NCBI RefSeq assembly: GCF_002214165.1
Contig: NZ_CP019964.1
Span: 390,001-422,000, forward strand
From: Candidatus Saccharimonadota bacterium
GTDB taxonomy: Archaea; Micrarchaeota; Micrarchaeia; Micrarchaeales; Micrarchaeaceae
Direction of reading: 5' to 3'
Length of the DNA: 32,000 nt
Numbering within the stretch: the stretch's first letter is position 1; each line of letters opens with the position of its first letter. Positions 1 to 8,660 of this stretch are shown piece by piece. The notes below the pieces were generated by a model, which did no database searches, was not told where the DNA came from, and saw nothing but the letters and a program-made list of their open reading frames with translations. A program made the position numbers and the translations under genes.

Positions 1-579
1 TGAGAAGTTTATTAGTTCCGCTTCATTGACATTTGCAATCCTGAAAGGTATGGTGGCTTCCTGGTGCCATCCCTCCCCTTCCTTGCCCTCCATTGCATTG
101 GAAGCCGTATAATAAGACAGGTCCGCGTCTCCGCTGCTGTCAACAAATTCTTTGCCTGATACCTCGTGCGTGCCATCTTTACCGACAACCGTGACAGAAG
201 TTATCCTATTGCCTGACAACTTGCATCCAATCACAAGCGAGTTGAAATACGTGCTTATCCCGTATTTGTCAGCTAAATGAGACACTGCCAATTTCATTTC
301 ATCCGGCCTGAAAGGGATGAAATTTCCTACTTTTCCCTTGGTTCCACCAAACCCTTTTAAGGTCTCAACTATCTCGTCAACGATACCTCCAACAATTTTC
401 TCTGACCCGTCATAGGTATAAACTCCAAGAATAGATACTACGTAGCTATGAGTCCAATTGCCACCAAGCATCGGATTCCTCTCGATTATTGCAGTTTTTA
501 ATCCATTCTTTGCTCCAGCCAATGCCGCTCCAAGGCCTGCTGGCCCACCACCAACAATTACCAAATCATACGAATCCAT
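1..579 (-). CDS. FAD-dependent oxidoreductase, N-terminal 193 codons (gene runs off the left edge)
   Basis: Absent from the ORF track because no stop lies in the window. My translation from ATG (579..577): MDSYDLVIVGGGPAGLGAALAGAKNGLKTAIIERNPMLGGN... This gives a GxGxxG dinucleotide-binding motif followed by an acidic residue (..AIIE). The frame stays open to base 1. Confidence 0.7.
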   Translation of the reverse strand, partial: MDSYDLVIVGGGPAGLGAALAGAKNGLKTAIIERNPMLGGNWTHSYVVSILGVYTYDGSEKIVGGIVDEIVETLKGFGGTKGKVGNFIPFRPDEMKLAVSHLADKYGISTYFNSLVIGCKLSGNRITSVTVVGKDGTHEVSGKEFVDSSGDADLSYYTASNAMEGKEGEGWHQEATIPFRIANVNEAELINFS

Positions 580-805
580 GAAATCCACATTATAAATATC
601 TCATGCAGGTTTTTATTATTTGACAAAAAATTTTATTATTTAAATAATTTAAAAGAAGCAGTTTACATCAAAACCTCGGCTTTACAAAAGGTTAGCGGAT
701 TAATAATAAGCCAGCATCATTTCAAGTGAATTTATCCTCTAAATTTATAATATGCATTTTTAAGCTTATACTCTTAATTAATAAGAGAAAATTAAATGTA
801 ATGGT

Positions 806-2026
806 GTGGATATGAATAAGTGGACGAAACTTCTTCCGTATTGGTTTTTGCTGTTTACGATAGGGTTTGGGTGGTTTATACTTGCGCCTCTTGTGCCTGT
901 CTTAAGCACATCGTTAGGCGTAGGGACTGCTTCCATACTTCTATTAGTGAGCATGTATGGTTATACTATGGTAGTGCTCGGCCTTCTCGCCGGGTGGATA
1001 TCGGCTAAATTCACAGTTAAAACTGCGATATACGTTGCCGCGGCCCTTTCAATAATAGGGTTGATAGGCAGGAGCCTGTTCTTGACAAATTATGCAGGAT
1101 TCCTTGTATTCCAGATAATAGCTGCAGCCGCATACCCGCTTGCACTTGCCCCTGTTGGAAGCGTTGCTGACTCAATATACAAGGAGCACGCACATTCAAT
1201 AGTGGGAATCAGCGTGGGTATACTTTTCTTCGGCCTCGCGATAGGCGCATTCTTTGCGTCAAGCATAGCAGCGGCAATAAGTACCGTAGGGCTTCTGTGG
1301 TTCACGGCGATACTTGCGATAATAGCCGCAATATGGGTAGTGCCAGGAATAAAGAATTATCCTACAAACTACAAAGGCAAGTCCCTTAAGGGCGTGTTCA
1401 AGGTAGGAATGATAAAGAACTGGTGGGTTGGATTCTCTATAGCATCAATGTCAGTTATGTTTGGAGGAATCGCATCAACTATGCTTCTTCACTTCCACTT
1501 TGCATTAGGAGAAGCTCTTACATATGGAGGGCTTTTGGGAGGATTGGCATTCTTGGGGTCCGCACTGGGAGCAATAATACTGCCTCCAATATTTGAGAGA
1601 TATAACCAGATAAGGGCAGGGCTTATTTCAACATCCCTGCTGTCTCTTATATCGGTGTCTCTCCTTGCGTACTCATTGGGATTCGGCCCTAACCTGGGAT
1701 TGCTGGTAGCTGCATTCTTCCTGTTTGGGTTCTTCGGAAATGCGTTCTGGTCAATGGCACTTACTTCGACAACGAATTATGTGTCGGATCCGGCGCAGTC
1801 GGGATTTGCAACATCAATGTATAGCGTCATAACTAACTTGGGTGTTGCATTCGTCCCTGTATTCCTTGGGCCTGAATTTGCTGTCGATGCAACAATAGCT
1901 GTCATTGTGGTATTCGTGATAGAATTCATAGCATTCATATTGTCTCCAATGCTGAAGACAAAGAATGATGCAGAAAGCCAGCAGCCTCCAAAGGCTGCAG
2001 CAGCCAAGGCAGCAGCAAAGGCTTGA
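806..2026 (+). CDS. Polytopic membrane transporter, probably major facilitator superfamily
   Basis: 406 aa with roughly 12 hydrophobic helices, Gly/Ala/Leu-rich, and a short Ala/Lys tail. GTG at 806 with ATG at 812 as an alternative start. G+C is high relative to the islands. Confidence 0.65.
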   Translation: MDMNKWTKLLPYWFLLFTIGFGWFILAPLVPVLSTSLGVGTASILLLVSMYGYTMVVLGLLAGWISAKFTVKTAIYVAAALSIIGLIGRSLFLTNYAGFLVFQIIAAAAYPLALAPVGSVADSIYKEHAHSIVGISVGILFFGLAIGAFFASSIAAAISTVGLLWFTAILAIIAAIWVVPGIKNYPTNYKGKSLKGVFKVGMIKNWWVGFSIASMSVMFGGIASTMLLHFHFALGEALTYGGLLGGLAFLGSALGAIILPPIFERYNQIRAGLISTSLLSLISVSLLAYSLGFGPNLGLLVAAFFLFGFFGNAFWSMALTSTTNYVSDPAQSGFATSMYSVITNLGVAFVPVFLGPEFAVDATIAVIVVFVIEFIAFILSPMLKTKNDAESQQPPKAAAAKAAAKA

Positions 2027-2028
2027 AT

Positions 2029-2070
2029 TCTTCTTTTTCTTTTCTTTATCCTTTATTTATTCTTATTTTG
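2029..2070 (+). terminator. Pyrimidine/oligo-T tract directly after the transporter stop (archaeal-type termination signal candidate)
   Basis: TTCTTCTTTTTCTTTTCTTTATCCTTTATTTATTCTTATTTTG begins 3 nt after the TGA (2024-2026). Archaeal termination commonly uses oligo-T runs. No experimental support. Confidence 0.3.
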
Positions 2071-2107
2071 TCTGAACCTTAAGTGCAGTTCTTGAATTAA
2101 ATGGCAA

Positions 2108-2117
2108 TTTATAAAAA
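2108..2117 (+). promoter_or_regulatory. TATA-like box upstream of the chorismate mutase/prephenate dehydrogenase gene
   Basis: TTTATAAAAA lies about 33-42 nt upstream of ATG 2150. GGTGG lies 5-9 nt upstream of the ATG as a possible ribosome-binding site. Confidence 0.3.
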
Positions 2118-2149
2118 TATAAGAAGCTAAAAATCCTTATGGTGGATTT

Positions 2150-3169
2150 ATGGATGATCTAAATTCTTACAGGAAGCAGATAGACGAAGCCGACGAAGGG
2201 ATAATAAAGCTCATAAAAAAGAGGTTTGACATTGTAAAGGCAGTAGGGGAATTCAAGAGAGCGCAAGGAATGCCTTTGAAGGACAACAGCAGGGAAGATG
2301 CGCTTAAAATCAAGTGGAAGCAGATGGCGGAAGAAAATGGTGTGGATGGAAATTTAGGATTGAGCGTGATAACCGACATACTTAGATTCTCCAAGGAGCA
2401 GGAAATGCCCAAGAACGAGAACCGCTTGCTGGTTATAGGGTACGGTGGCATGGGCCTTTCAATCGCCAGCTATTTCCACAAGCACAATTTCAGCAATGTC
2501 TATGTAACCGGAAGGCATGTGGACAAGATGGAAAGCGGCATTGCAGATGCAGGATGCATTCCGATAAAAGATCCCAGTGCCAAAGACTTTGACACGATTA
2601 TAATGGCAACGCCGCCAGAATCGGTAAACTCCGATATTGTTGAAGGAATATTGCAGGATGCAGAAGGCAAACTGGTGATGGATATATTCTCTGTGAAAAC
2701 AGATGCGTACAAGAAACTTTTGGATTATTCGAAAAAACTCAATTTCAAATATGTAAGCGTGCATCCTCTTTTTGGACCCAACCAGCTTGAGGATATAAAG
2801 AAAATTGCAGTCATCACCGATGGAGTTGACGAAAAGCTTTTGGCGGATGCTGAAGGAATATGGTCCTATGCGGGATTTACAACGATTAGGACAACATTAG
2901 ACGAGCATGAGAAGGCGATGGCTATAGTCCAGGTATTAAGGATGCTCGACTTCGTAGCTTTGAAGAACAGCATAGGGGATCTCAAGGGAAGCCTGAACGT
3001 GGATTACTCAAAGCTCGCAACGGTAAGCTTCGAGAAAGTGGAGGAATTAATAGACAACCTATCAGATGATAACGATTTGATACACGAGATAGTAAGCTCG
3101 AACAGATACTCAAAGCAGGCGATTGAGGCATTAGCTAAAGGAATAGAAAGCATAAAATCGGAAGTATAA
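2150..3169 (+). CDS. tyrA: Bifunctional chorismate mutase / prephenate dehydrogenase
   Basis: 339 aa. The N-terminal ~85 aa look like a helical AroQ-type chorismate mutase (LNSYRKQIDEADEGIIKLIKKRFDIVKAVGEFKRAQGMPLKD). Then comes a Rossmann motif, LLVIGYGGMGLSIA (GxGxxG), and a prephenate-dehydrogenase-like body (..VSVHPLFGP..). Confidence 0.75.
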   Translation: MDDLNSYRKQIDEADEGIIKLIKKRFDIVKAVGEFKRAQGMPLKDNSREDALKIKWKQMAEENGVDGNLGLSVITDILRFSKEQEMPKNENRLLVIGYGGMGLSIASYFHKHNFSNVYVTGRHVDKMESGIADAGCIPIKDPSAKDFDTIIMATPPESVNSDIVEGILQDAEGKLVMDIFSVKTDAYKKLLDYSKKLNFKYVSVHPLFGPNQLEDIKKIAVITDGVDEKLLADAEGIWSYAGFTTIRTTLDEHEKAMAIVQVLRMLDFVALKNSIGDLKGSLNVDYSKLATVSFEKVEELIDNLSDDNDLIHEIVSSNRYSKQAIEALAKGIESIKSEV

Positions 3170-3249
3170 AGCGGTAAGGCATTATTCCATTTTCTTTGAT
3201 TTTTGTCTTAAACATTAAAATATTTGATTTTAAAAATTCGGATGACACT

Positions 3250-4023
3250 ATGAGAATGATATCGCTTAACCTTTGGGGTGGAAGGGCCTTTGAAGGCCTT
3301 AAGGCATTTCTAAATAAGGAGAAGGGGAGAACAGACATATTCTGCTTTCAGGAGACGCTTCAATACTCATTAGGCAGGCCGGATAATGATTCCCTAAAAG
3401 CGAAGACGATGCACCAGCCAAAGGAGTTTTCGGAAAGAGAGAATCTTTATGCGGATCTTGAAGGGATCCTGGACGGCTACAAAGGTTTCCTTACCGATCC
3501 ATATAGCTCGGGAAAGGAAAGGCTATCGATGTTCATCAAAGATGGGATAAGCGCAAGCGAAGATGCCAATAGGGTAGTAAATGATGTAGGAGTGACGGTG
3601 GACAATTTGCCATATAAAGTGGGGTGCATAATGCAGCATGCATCGGTAACGTTTGAAAATAAAACCTATGATATATGCAATACTCATGGCTTGTGGCAGC
3701 ACAGCAGCAAGGAAGATACGCCGGAGAGGCTTCAGCAATCAGAAAATATCATAAAGCTTATGTCGAAGATGGGTCCAAGACGGGTGCTTGCAGGAGACTT
3801 TAATTTGCTGCCTGACACAAGAAGCATAAAGATGCTTGAGGATAGCGGTATGAGGAACCTCATAAAAGAGTACAATATAACAGATACGAGAGGGAAGCTG
3901 TACACCAAAAAGATACGCCATGCGGATTACACATTTGTTTCCAATGCGGTTGATGTCAAAGGGTTTAGGGTATTGCCAGTCGAAGCTTCGGATCATCTCC
4001 CTATGGCACTTGAGTTCAATTGA
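3250..4023 (+). CDS. Endonuclease/exonuclease/phosphatase (EEP) family protein
   Basis: Contains MRMISLNLWGG, CFQE, LAGDFNLLPD (GDFN motif) and a C-terminal SDHLPMALEF (SDH motif). I prefer ATG 3250 to the track's TTG 3196, whose extra 18 aa look non-protein-like. Confidence 0.75.
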   Translation: MRMISLNLWGGRAFEGLKAFLNKEKGRTDIFCFQETLQYSLGRPDNDSLKAKTMHQPKEFSERENLYADLEGILDGYKGFLTDPYSSGKERLSMFIKDGISASEDANRVVNDVGVTVDNLPYKVGCIMQHASVTFENKTYDICNTHGLWQHSSKEDTPERLQQSENIIKLMSKMGPRRVLAGDFNLLPDTRSIKMLEDSGMRNLIKEYNITDTRGKLYTKKIRHADYTFVSNAVDVKGFRVLPVEASDHLPMALEFN

Positions 4024-4083
4024 TTTTGTTTTAGAGGATCCTTTTACTATAAAGGAATAGGCATATTTATTTTAACTATCATA

Positions 4084-4599
4084 ATGATTTCGATGCGCAA
4101 ATACCATTCAGTAAAATTTGATGTTGTAGAGGAAAAGGTTAAGTTGCCAAATGGAACCGAATATATCTCTTCTATAGTAGTCCACAAGCCGGTAGCGGTA
4201 ATAATACCCGTGCTCAACGGCAAGATATTGATTGAGAGGCAATATAGGCATTCTCCCGGCGGATGGATGTACGAGCTGCCAGCAGGCTTCCTTCAAGGAA
4301 AAATAACGCTTGAAGGGCTGGCGAAGAAAGAGCTTCACGAAGAGACAGGTTATATTGCAGACAAGTTAACTTTCCTCTTCAAGGCTTATGCGGCTCCGGG
4401 GACAAGCACGGAAATGTACTACTATTACCTTGCTGAAAACTTTAGGAAAGAAAAGCAGCATCTTGAGAAATACGAGATAATAAAGACAAGATGGACAAGC
4501 ATTGAGCAATTGCTTAATATGATAAAGAAGAATAGAATAACAGATGGCAAGACTATAATAGGAATACTTTATTATTACAATTTTTGCAAAGTGGAATAA
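4084..4599 (+). CDS. Nudix hydrolase (ADP-ribose pyrophosphatase-like)
   Basis: 171 aa. The Nudix-box core is GKITLEGLAKKELHEETGY (a shortened box with K in place of the canonical R). Confidence 0.75.
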   Translation: MISMRKYHSVKFDVVEEKVKLPNGTEYISSIVVHKPVAVIIPVLNGKILIERQYRHSPGGWMYELPAGFLQGKITLEGLAKKELHEETGYIADKLTFLFKAYAAPGTSTEMYYYYLAENFRKEKQHLEKYEIIKTRWTSIEQLLNMIKKNRITDGKTIIGILYYYNFCKVE

Positions 4600-4610
4600 G
4601 AGGAAATAAC

Positions 4611-5120
4611 ATGGGAAAAGCATTACTGGTAATAGATATGCAGGAAGGATTCAGGCACAAAGCATCTGAAGCCATTATAGACAAGATAGCAGAATTGGTA
4701 AAAGGATTTGACGGCAAAGTGGTATTCACGCTTTTTGTCGATGAACCCGGCTCTATGTTCGATACAGAGCTGCATTGGCCCAAGTTCCAGTCAAAGGATA
4801 TGCAGAAGCTTTTAAAAGAATTGGAGCCGGTTGCAAAAGGCAAACTTGAGGCAGAGCATAAGGGCTATACTGTGCTTACGGATGGGCTTAGCAGAATGCT
4901 TAAGGAAAATGGCATTGATACTGTTTATCTTTCAGGGGTATATACAGATGTCTGTGTTGTAAAAGCGACGATGGACCTGTTTGACAAGGGCTTCAAGACA
5001 AAAGTGGTTGCCGATGCCTGCGCTTCGCTTCATGGTGACAATAACCACAAGTATGCCATAGATAGCTTGAAGCACATAATAGGAAGGGGCAATGTCATAG
5101 AAACAAGCGAAGTGAATTAG
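4611..5120 (+). CDS. Isochorismatase-family cysteine hydrolase
   Basis: Contains MGKALLVIDMQEGF and LSGVYTDVCV (catalytic Cys context). ATG 4611 is preceded by GAGGAAATAAC. The track's start at 4584 would overlap the upstream gene. Confidence 0.8.
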   Translation: MGKALLVIDMQEGFRHKASEAIIDKIAELVKGFDGKVVFTLFVDEPGSMFDTELHWPKFQSKDMQKLLKELEPVAKGKLEAEHKGYTVLTDGLSRMLKENGIDTVYLSGVYTDVCVVKATMDLFDKGFKTKVVADACASLHGDNNHKYAIDSLKHIIGRGNVIETSEVN

Positions 5121-5339
5121 GATTACCTATAAACTTTTAAAATCCATTCCAAGTATCTATAAGCAGTAACAAAATTTTTTAAAATATTTTAATTAAGAAA
5201 CATTTTTAATGTTAAGTTACCAAATCAATTTGTATCTGTAATTGGTTAATATCAAATCAAAGTACTTAAATAAAAATAAAATTAATTTAATTTATACTAA
5301 TTATATGCTTATAACCTGTGAATTATAAACGGTGAGTTT

Positions 5340-6191
5340 ATGCAATTTAAAGAATTAGGATATACATCTGAAGAATCGTATTTTGAGGATTTCTTTAGTA
5401 ATTTATTGTCTACTAATAGGACTTCTCAATTTTTTGTAAACTGGGAAAAAGTTTATAGAAATATAAAAACCCATATTGATGAAATATCCTTAATAAACGG
5501 TTTAATAAACATTCATGATTTGAATGAAAGGAAAAACCACTTAAAACAGATATTAGAGAAATATCCGAAAACCAGACTAATCTTGCCCCTTATGATAGCT
5601 ACTAGAGATAATAAATTGGATCTTTTGGTAATTAATGAAAAAGATGATATTACCTATTTGGATATAGATTTTGGCAATAGTGATATTGAAAAAATAATAA
5701 AATTTTGTGACGAAACCCATATAATAGAACTTTTGGGTAACATAAAAGATTTATATTCATATCTTTTAGGGGTAGAAGTCGGTACAGATACAAATGCAAG
5801 AAAGAATAGATCTGGATCCATGTTTGAAAAAATGGTATTAGAAGAGCTTAAAGCTAAAGGGTTAGATGTAAGAAAAGCAGATAAAAAGTACCAGATAGGA
5901 GGAAGGTTAAAGAAGCCAGATCTATTACTTTATAAAAACCAAAAAGAATTTGCAATTATAGAAGTTAACTTTTTCAATGAACTCGGTAGCAAGCCTTTGG
6001 AAACCATACAAAGCTTTATAAATTTACAGAAGGATATAAAGGCATTGGGGTTGAAATTTATACTAATAACCGATGGTCCAGCATGGAAAACTGGAAAAAG
6101 CGAACGTATAAAGGGATTTGAGCAGTTAGATTATCCACTTAATTTAACCCTTGCAGTAAAACTTATGCCAAGGTGGATAAATGGACAATGA
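5340..6191 (+). CDS. Type II restriction endonuclease, DpnII/MboI family (predicted GATC specificity)
   Basis: 283 aa. LLGVEVGTDTNARKNRSGSMFEKMV and IIEVNFFNELGSKPLET..ITDGPAWK match my recollection of the conserved DpnII-family core (not verified by alignment). The gene overlaps the downstream methyltransferase by 11 nt. Confidence 0.75.
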   Translation: MQFKELGYTSEESYFEDFFSNLLSTNRTSQFFVNWEKVYRNIKTHIDEISLINGLINIHDLNERKNHLKQILEKYPKTRLILPLMIATRDNKLDLLVINEKDDITYLDIDFGNSDIEKIIKFCDETHIIELLGNIKDLYSYLLGVEVGTDTNARKNRSGSMFEKMVLEELKAKGLDVRKADKKYQIGGRLKKPDLLLYKNQKEFAIIEVNFFNELGSKPLETIQSFINLQKDIKALGLKFILITDGPAWKTGKSERIKGFEQLDYPLNLTLAVKLMPRWINGQ

Positions 6192-7173
6192 CTATATAAA
6201 AATGCAAGAGATAACACAGGAGGACTACGAAAAATTTATAATTGATTATAAAAAAGTTACAATAGAAGATACTGAATTAGAGATAGGAGGAAATCATAAG
6301 ATAAATTCTTTGCAGCCCGAAGATTTTAAATTAGAAACAACTACAGTTTGGAGTTTCCCTAAAAGAGGAAAATGGGCTACTCATTATCTTAATGCCAAGT
6401 ATAGGGGGAATTGGGCTCCTCAAGTGGCCCGAAATCTAATTCTGAGATACTCAAAAGAAGGAGATACCGTTCTTGATGCGTTTGCAGGTTCTGGCACTAC
6501 TATAATAGAATGTAAGATTACAGATAGAAAGGGAATAGCTGTAGATATAAACAAGGAGGCTATAATGGTTGTTAGGGATAGGCTAAATTTCAACACCTTA
6601 AAAAGCGATTTTCAGGAGCAAAAAACCTTTTTGGGAGATGCAAGAAACCTAAATCTTATAAGTAATAATAGCATTGACCTTATTGCTGCCCACCCACCTT
6701 ATGCTAATATAATTTCTTATACTAAAAATTCAAATCACAAGTCTAATGGAGATTTATCAAAGGTATCCTCAATAGATGAATTTTGTTATCAGATGGGAAA
6801 TGTTGCAAGCGAGTTCTTTAGAGTTTTAAAGCAAGGAGGTTATTGCGCTATATTAATAGGAGATACAAGAAGACATAAGCATCAAGTTCCTATATCCTTT
6901 AGAGTGATGCAATCCTTTTTAGATAAAGGGTTTGTGTTAAAAGAGAGTATAATAAAAGTACAGCATAATACAAAGACCGCAGGGCTTTGGGCTAATCTAT
7001 CAGTAAAAAATAACTTTTTGTTATTAATGCATGAGCATCTATTTGTATTCAGAAAGCCATTTGAAACCGAAAAACAGAAAGATTTAATAGATAGCTCTAA
7101 GTGGTGGAAAAATAATGGTATAAATTATCCAAAGGATAAATTACAACCTGATGAAGCATTAGGGATAAAATAA
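6181..7173 (+). CDS. DNA methyltransferase (amino-MTase; motif I before motif IV)
   Basis: 330 aa. Motif I is VLDAFAGSGTT. Motif IV is DLIAAHPPYANI (HPPY at 6691-6702). It is translationally linked to the DpnII-like gene. Confidence 0.8.
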   Translation: MDNDYIKMQEITQEDYEKFIIDYKKVTIEDTELEIGGNHKINSLQPEDFKLETTTVWSFPKRGKWATHYLNAKYRGNWAPQVARNLILRYSKEGDTVLDAFAGSGTTIIECKITDRKGIAVDINKEAIMVVRDRLNFNTLKSDFQEQKTFLGDARNLNLISNNSIDLIAAHPPYANIISYTKNSNHKSNGDLSKVSSIDEFCYQMGNVASEFFRVLKQGGYCAILIGDTRRHKHQVPISFRVMQSFLDKGFVLKESIIKVQHNTKTAGLWANLSVKNNFLLLMHEHLFVFRKPFETEKQKDLIDSSKWWKNNGINYPKDKLQPDEALGIK

Positions 7174-7195
7174 TAACTAAATAGCAATTTATAAG

Positions 7196-7215
7196 ATTTG
7201 TAATATATTACAAAT
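7196..7215. repeat. Perfect 20-bp palindrome ATTTGTAATATATTACAAAT
   Basis: I verified the self-reverse-complement base by base. It lies between convergent genes (MTase stop 7173; minus-strand gene stop 7364). Confidence 0.95.
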
Positions 7216-7220
7216 TATTC

Positions 7221-7246
7221 TAAATATGTATTATAATACATATTTA
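7221..7246. repeat. Perfect 26-bp palindrome TAAATATGTATTATAATACATATTTA
   Basis: I verified the self-reverse-complement. It lies 5 bp from the first palindrome and shares the TGTA(A/T)TA half-site core. Confidence 0.95.
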
Positions 7247-7363
7247 AGTTTCATAGCTTTAAATATATAATTTGAGCGTTGAGGATATTTGATGGATTAG
7301 TAGAAAAGTTTACACGTTACCCTGAGTTTAGCTGTGAATGGTATTTTCATTTAATTTCAAAAA

Positions 7364-8440
7364 TCACACAAACTTATATAATAAAATCACAATTATTACA
7401 ATAATAATTATTAACACCCACATAATATTTTTACTAAGTGATAAAGGTTTTGATACTTTATTTATATACTTACCATTTGTATTAGTGAAATATTTTTCGT
7501 AATTGAAATTTATAAAATCATTGTACCTATTTTTAAGTTCTGCTTCATGTTTCTTATTCCAGATAATTGTGTATGCAGGACAGGGGTGCCCATCCGTCCT
7601 TTTCCAGTCTTTTGTATACTTTTCATATTTTTCAGGGTCTGATTTCCTTATCTGATTTAAACTCCAAACCTCCTGTGTAGACATAACCAATACAGGATCT
7701 TTATGTTCTTCACAAAATGCTTCATTGCAGTATTTGCATTTTGCAACTGCCTTCTTATTGCACCCATTCCTTTGGCAAATTATAATGTCATCAAAAGAAT
7801 TAGCAGTGCCATTTTCCATATTTAGCCCAGTTTTTATCCTTGATTCGCCAATTCCTGCTTCATCTATTTTACTATGATTTGTTTTATTATATGCTTTCTT
7901 TGTTTCCTGATAATCTGTATCCTCTATTCTGCTATCATCAGTTTCGAGTTCTTTTGTCGGAGTTCTCTCTTTGGTGGTTTGTTTGTCTGATGCTTTGCCC
8001 TCCAGGAATTTTACAAGGTCGCTGTCCTCATTTACCTTGGCATATTCTTCTGGATCATTCCTAATTTGATTGCTCTGCTCATTTATTGTATATCCATCAA
8101 TAAATTGAATGCCTGAGCTTTTTGGTGGTTTCCAACCCTTTAGGATTAGTTGATTTTTGACTTTTTCAAACTCTTTTCCATGCTCTATCATTCCAATTAA
8201 ATGAGTCATCTCATGGTTTGCAGTTTCTTTTAAACCTGCTGAGTCTTGCAGTTTCAATTGCCTCTCGGAAATGCAAATTTTATATAAATCCGGATGGGAG
8301 TGGGCAAGTTCATTGGGATTATTATCATCATCTCCGCTAAAATTAATTTCAGGCACTGGCAGATGAAGAGCATCGCAAGCATCCATAACCGCTTCTGTAA
8401 AGACGCGCTTTTTAGCCTCAATTATAATTGGATTGTCCAT
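7364..8440 (-). CDS. Membrane-anchored protein with HExxH metalloprotease-like motif and Cys-rich (AN1-like) zinc finger
   Basis: 358 aa. ANHEMTHLIGMIEH (HEMTH encoded at 8201-8215). An acidic low-complexity linker follows. Then CQRNGCNKKAVAKCKYCNEAFCEEH (C-x4-C-x7-C-x2-C-x4-C-x2-H) and a later GHPC. A C-terminal hydrophobic helix reads IMWVLIIIIVIIVILLY. Confidence 0.5.
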   Translation of the reverse strand: MDNPIIIEAKKRVFTEAVMDACDALHLPVPEINFSGDDDNNPNELAHSHPDLYKICISERQLKLQDSAGLKETANHEMTHLIGMIEHGKEFEKVKNQLILKGWKPPKSSGIQFIDGYTINEQSNQIRNDPEEYAKVNEDSDLVKFLEGKASDKQTTKERTPTKELETDDSRIEDTDYQETKKAYNKTNHSKIDEAGIGESRIKTGLNMENGTANSFDDIIICQRNGCNKKAVAKCKYCNEAFCEEHKDPVLVMSTQEVWSLNQIRKSDPEKYEKYTKDWKRTDGHPCPAYTIIWNKKHEAELKNRYNDFINFNYEKYFTNTNGKYINKVSKPLSLSKNIMWVLIIIIVIIVILLYKFV

Positions 8441-8660
8441 AGCAAGCCACGACGTTTTGATGCGCTATATTACTTTTATAATATTTGAACATGCCTAATA
8501 ACTATATTATTTATAAGAGATTATATATAAGCTTTTAAAGGCTTTTAATTGTGTAAAATTGTTTTGATTATTGAAAATCAAATCGAAATCTAATCATAAA
8601 TAGATTAGGGATTTACCACAATTATTATAAAATTTGATAAATAAAAAATAGGTAAAATGA

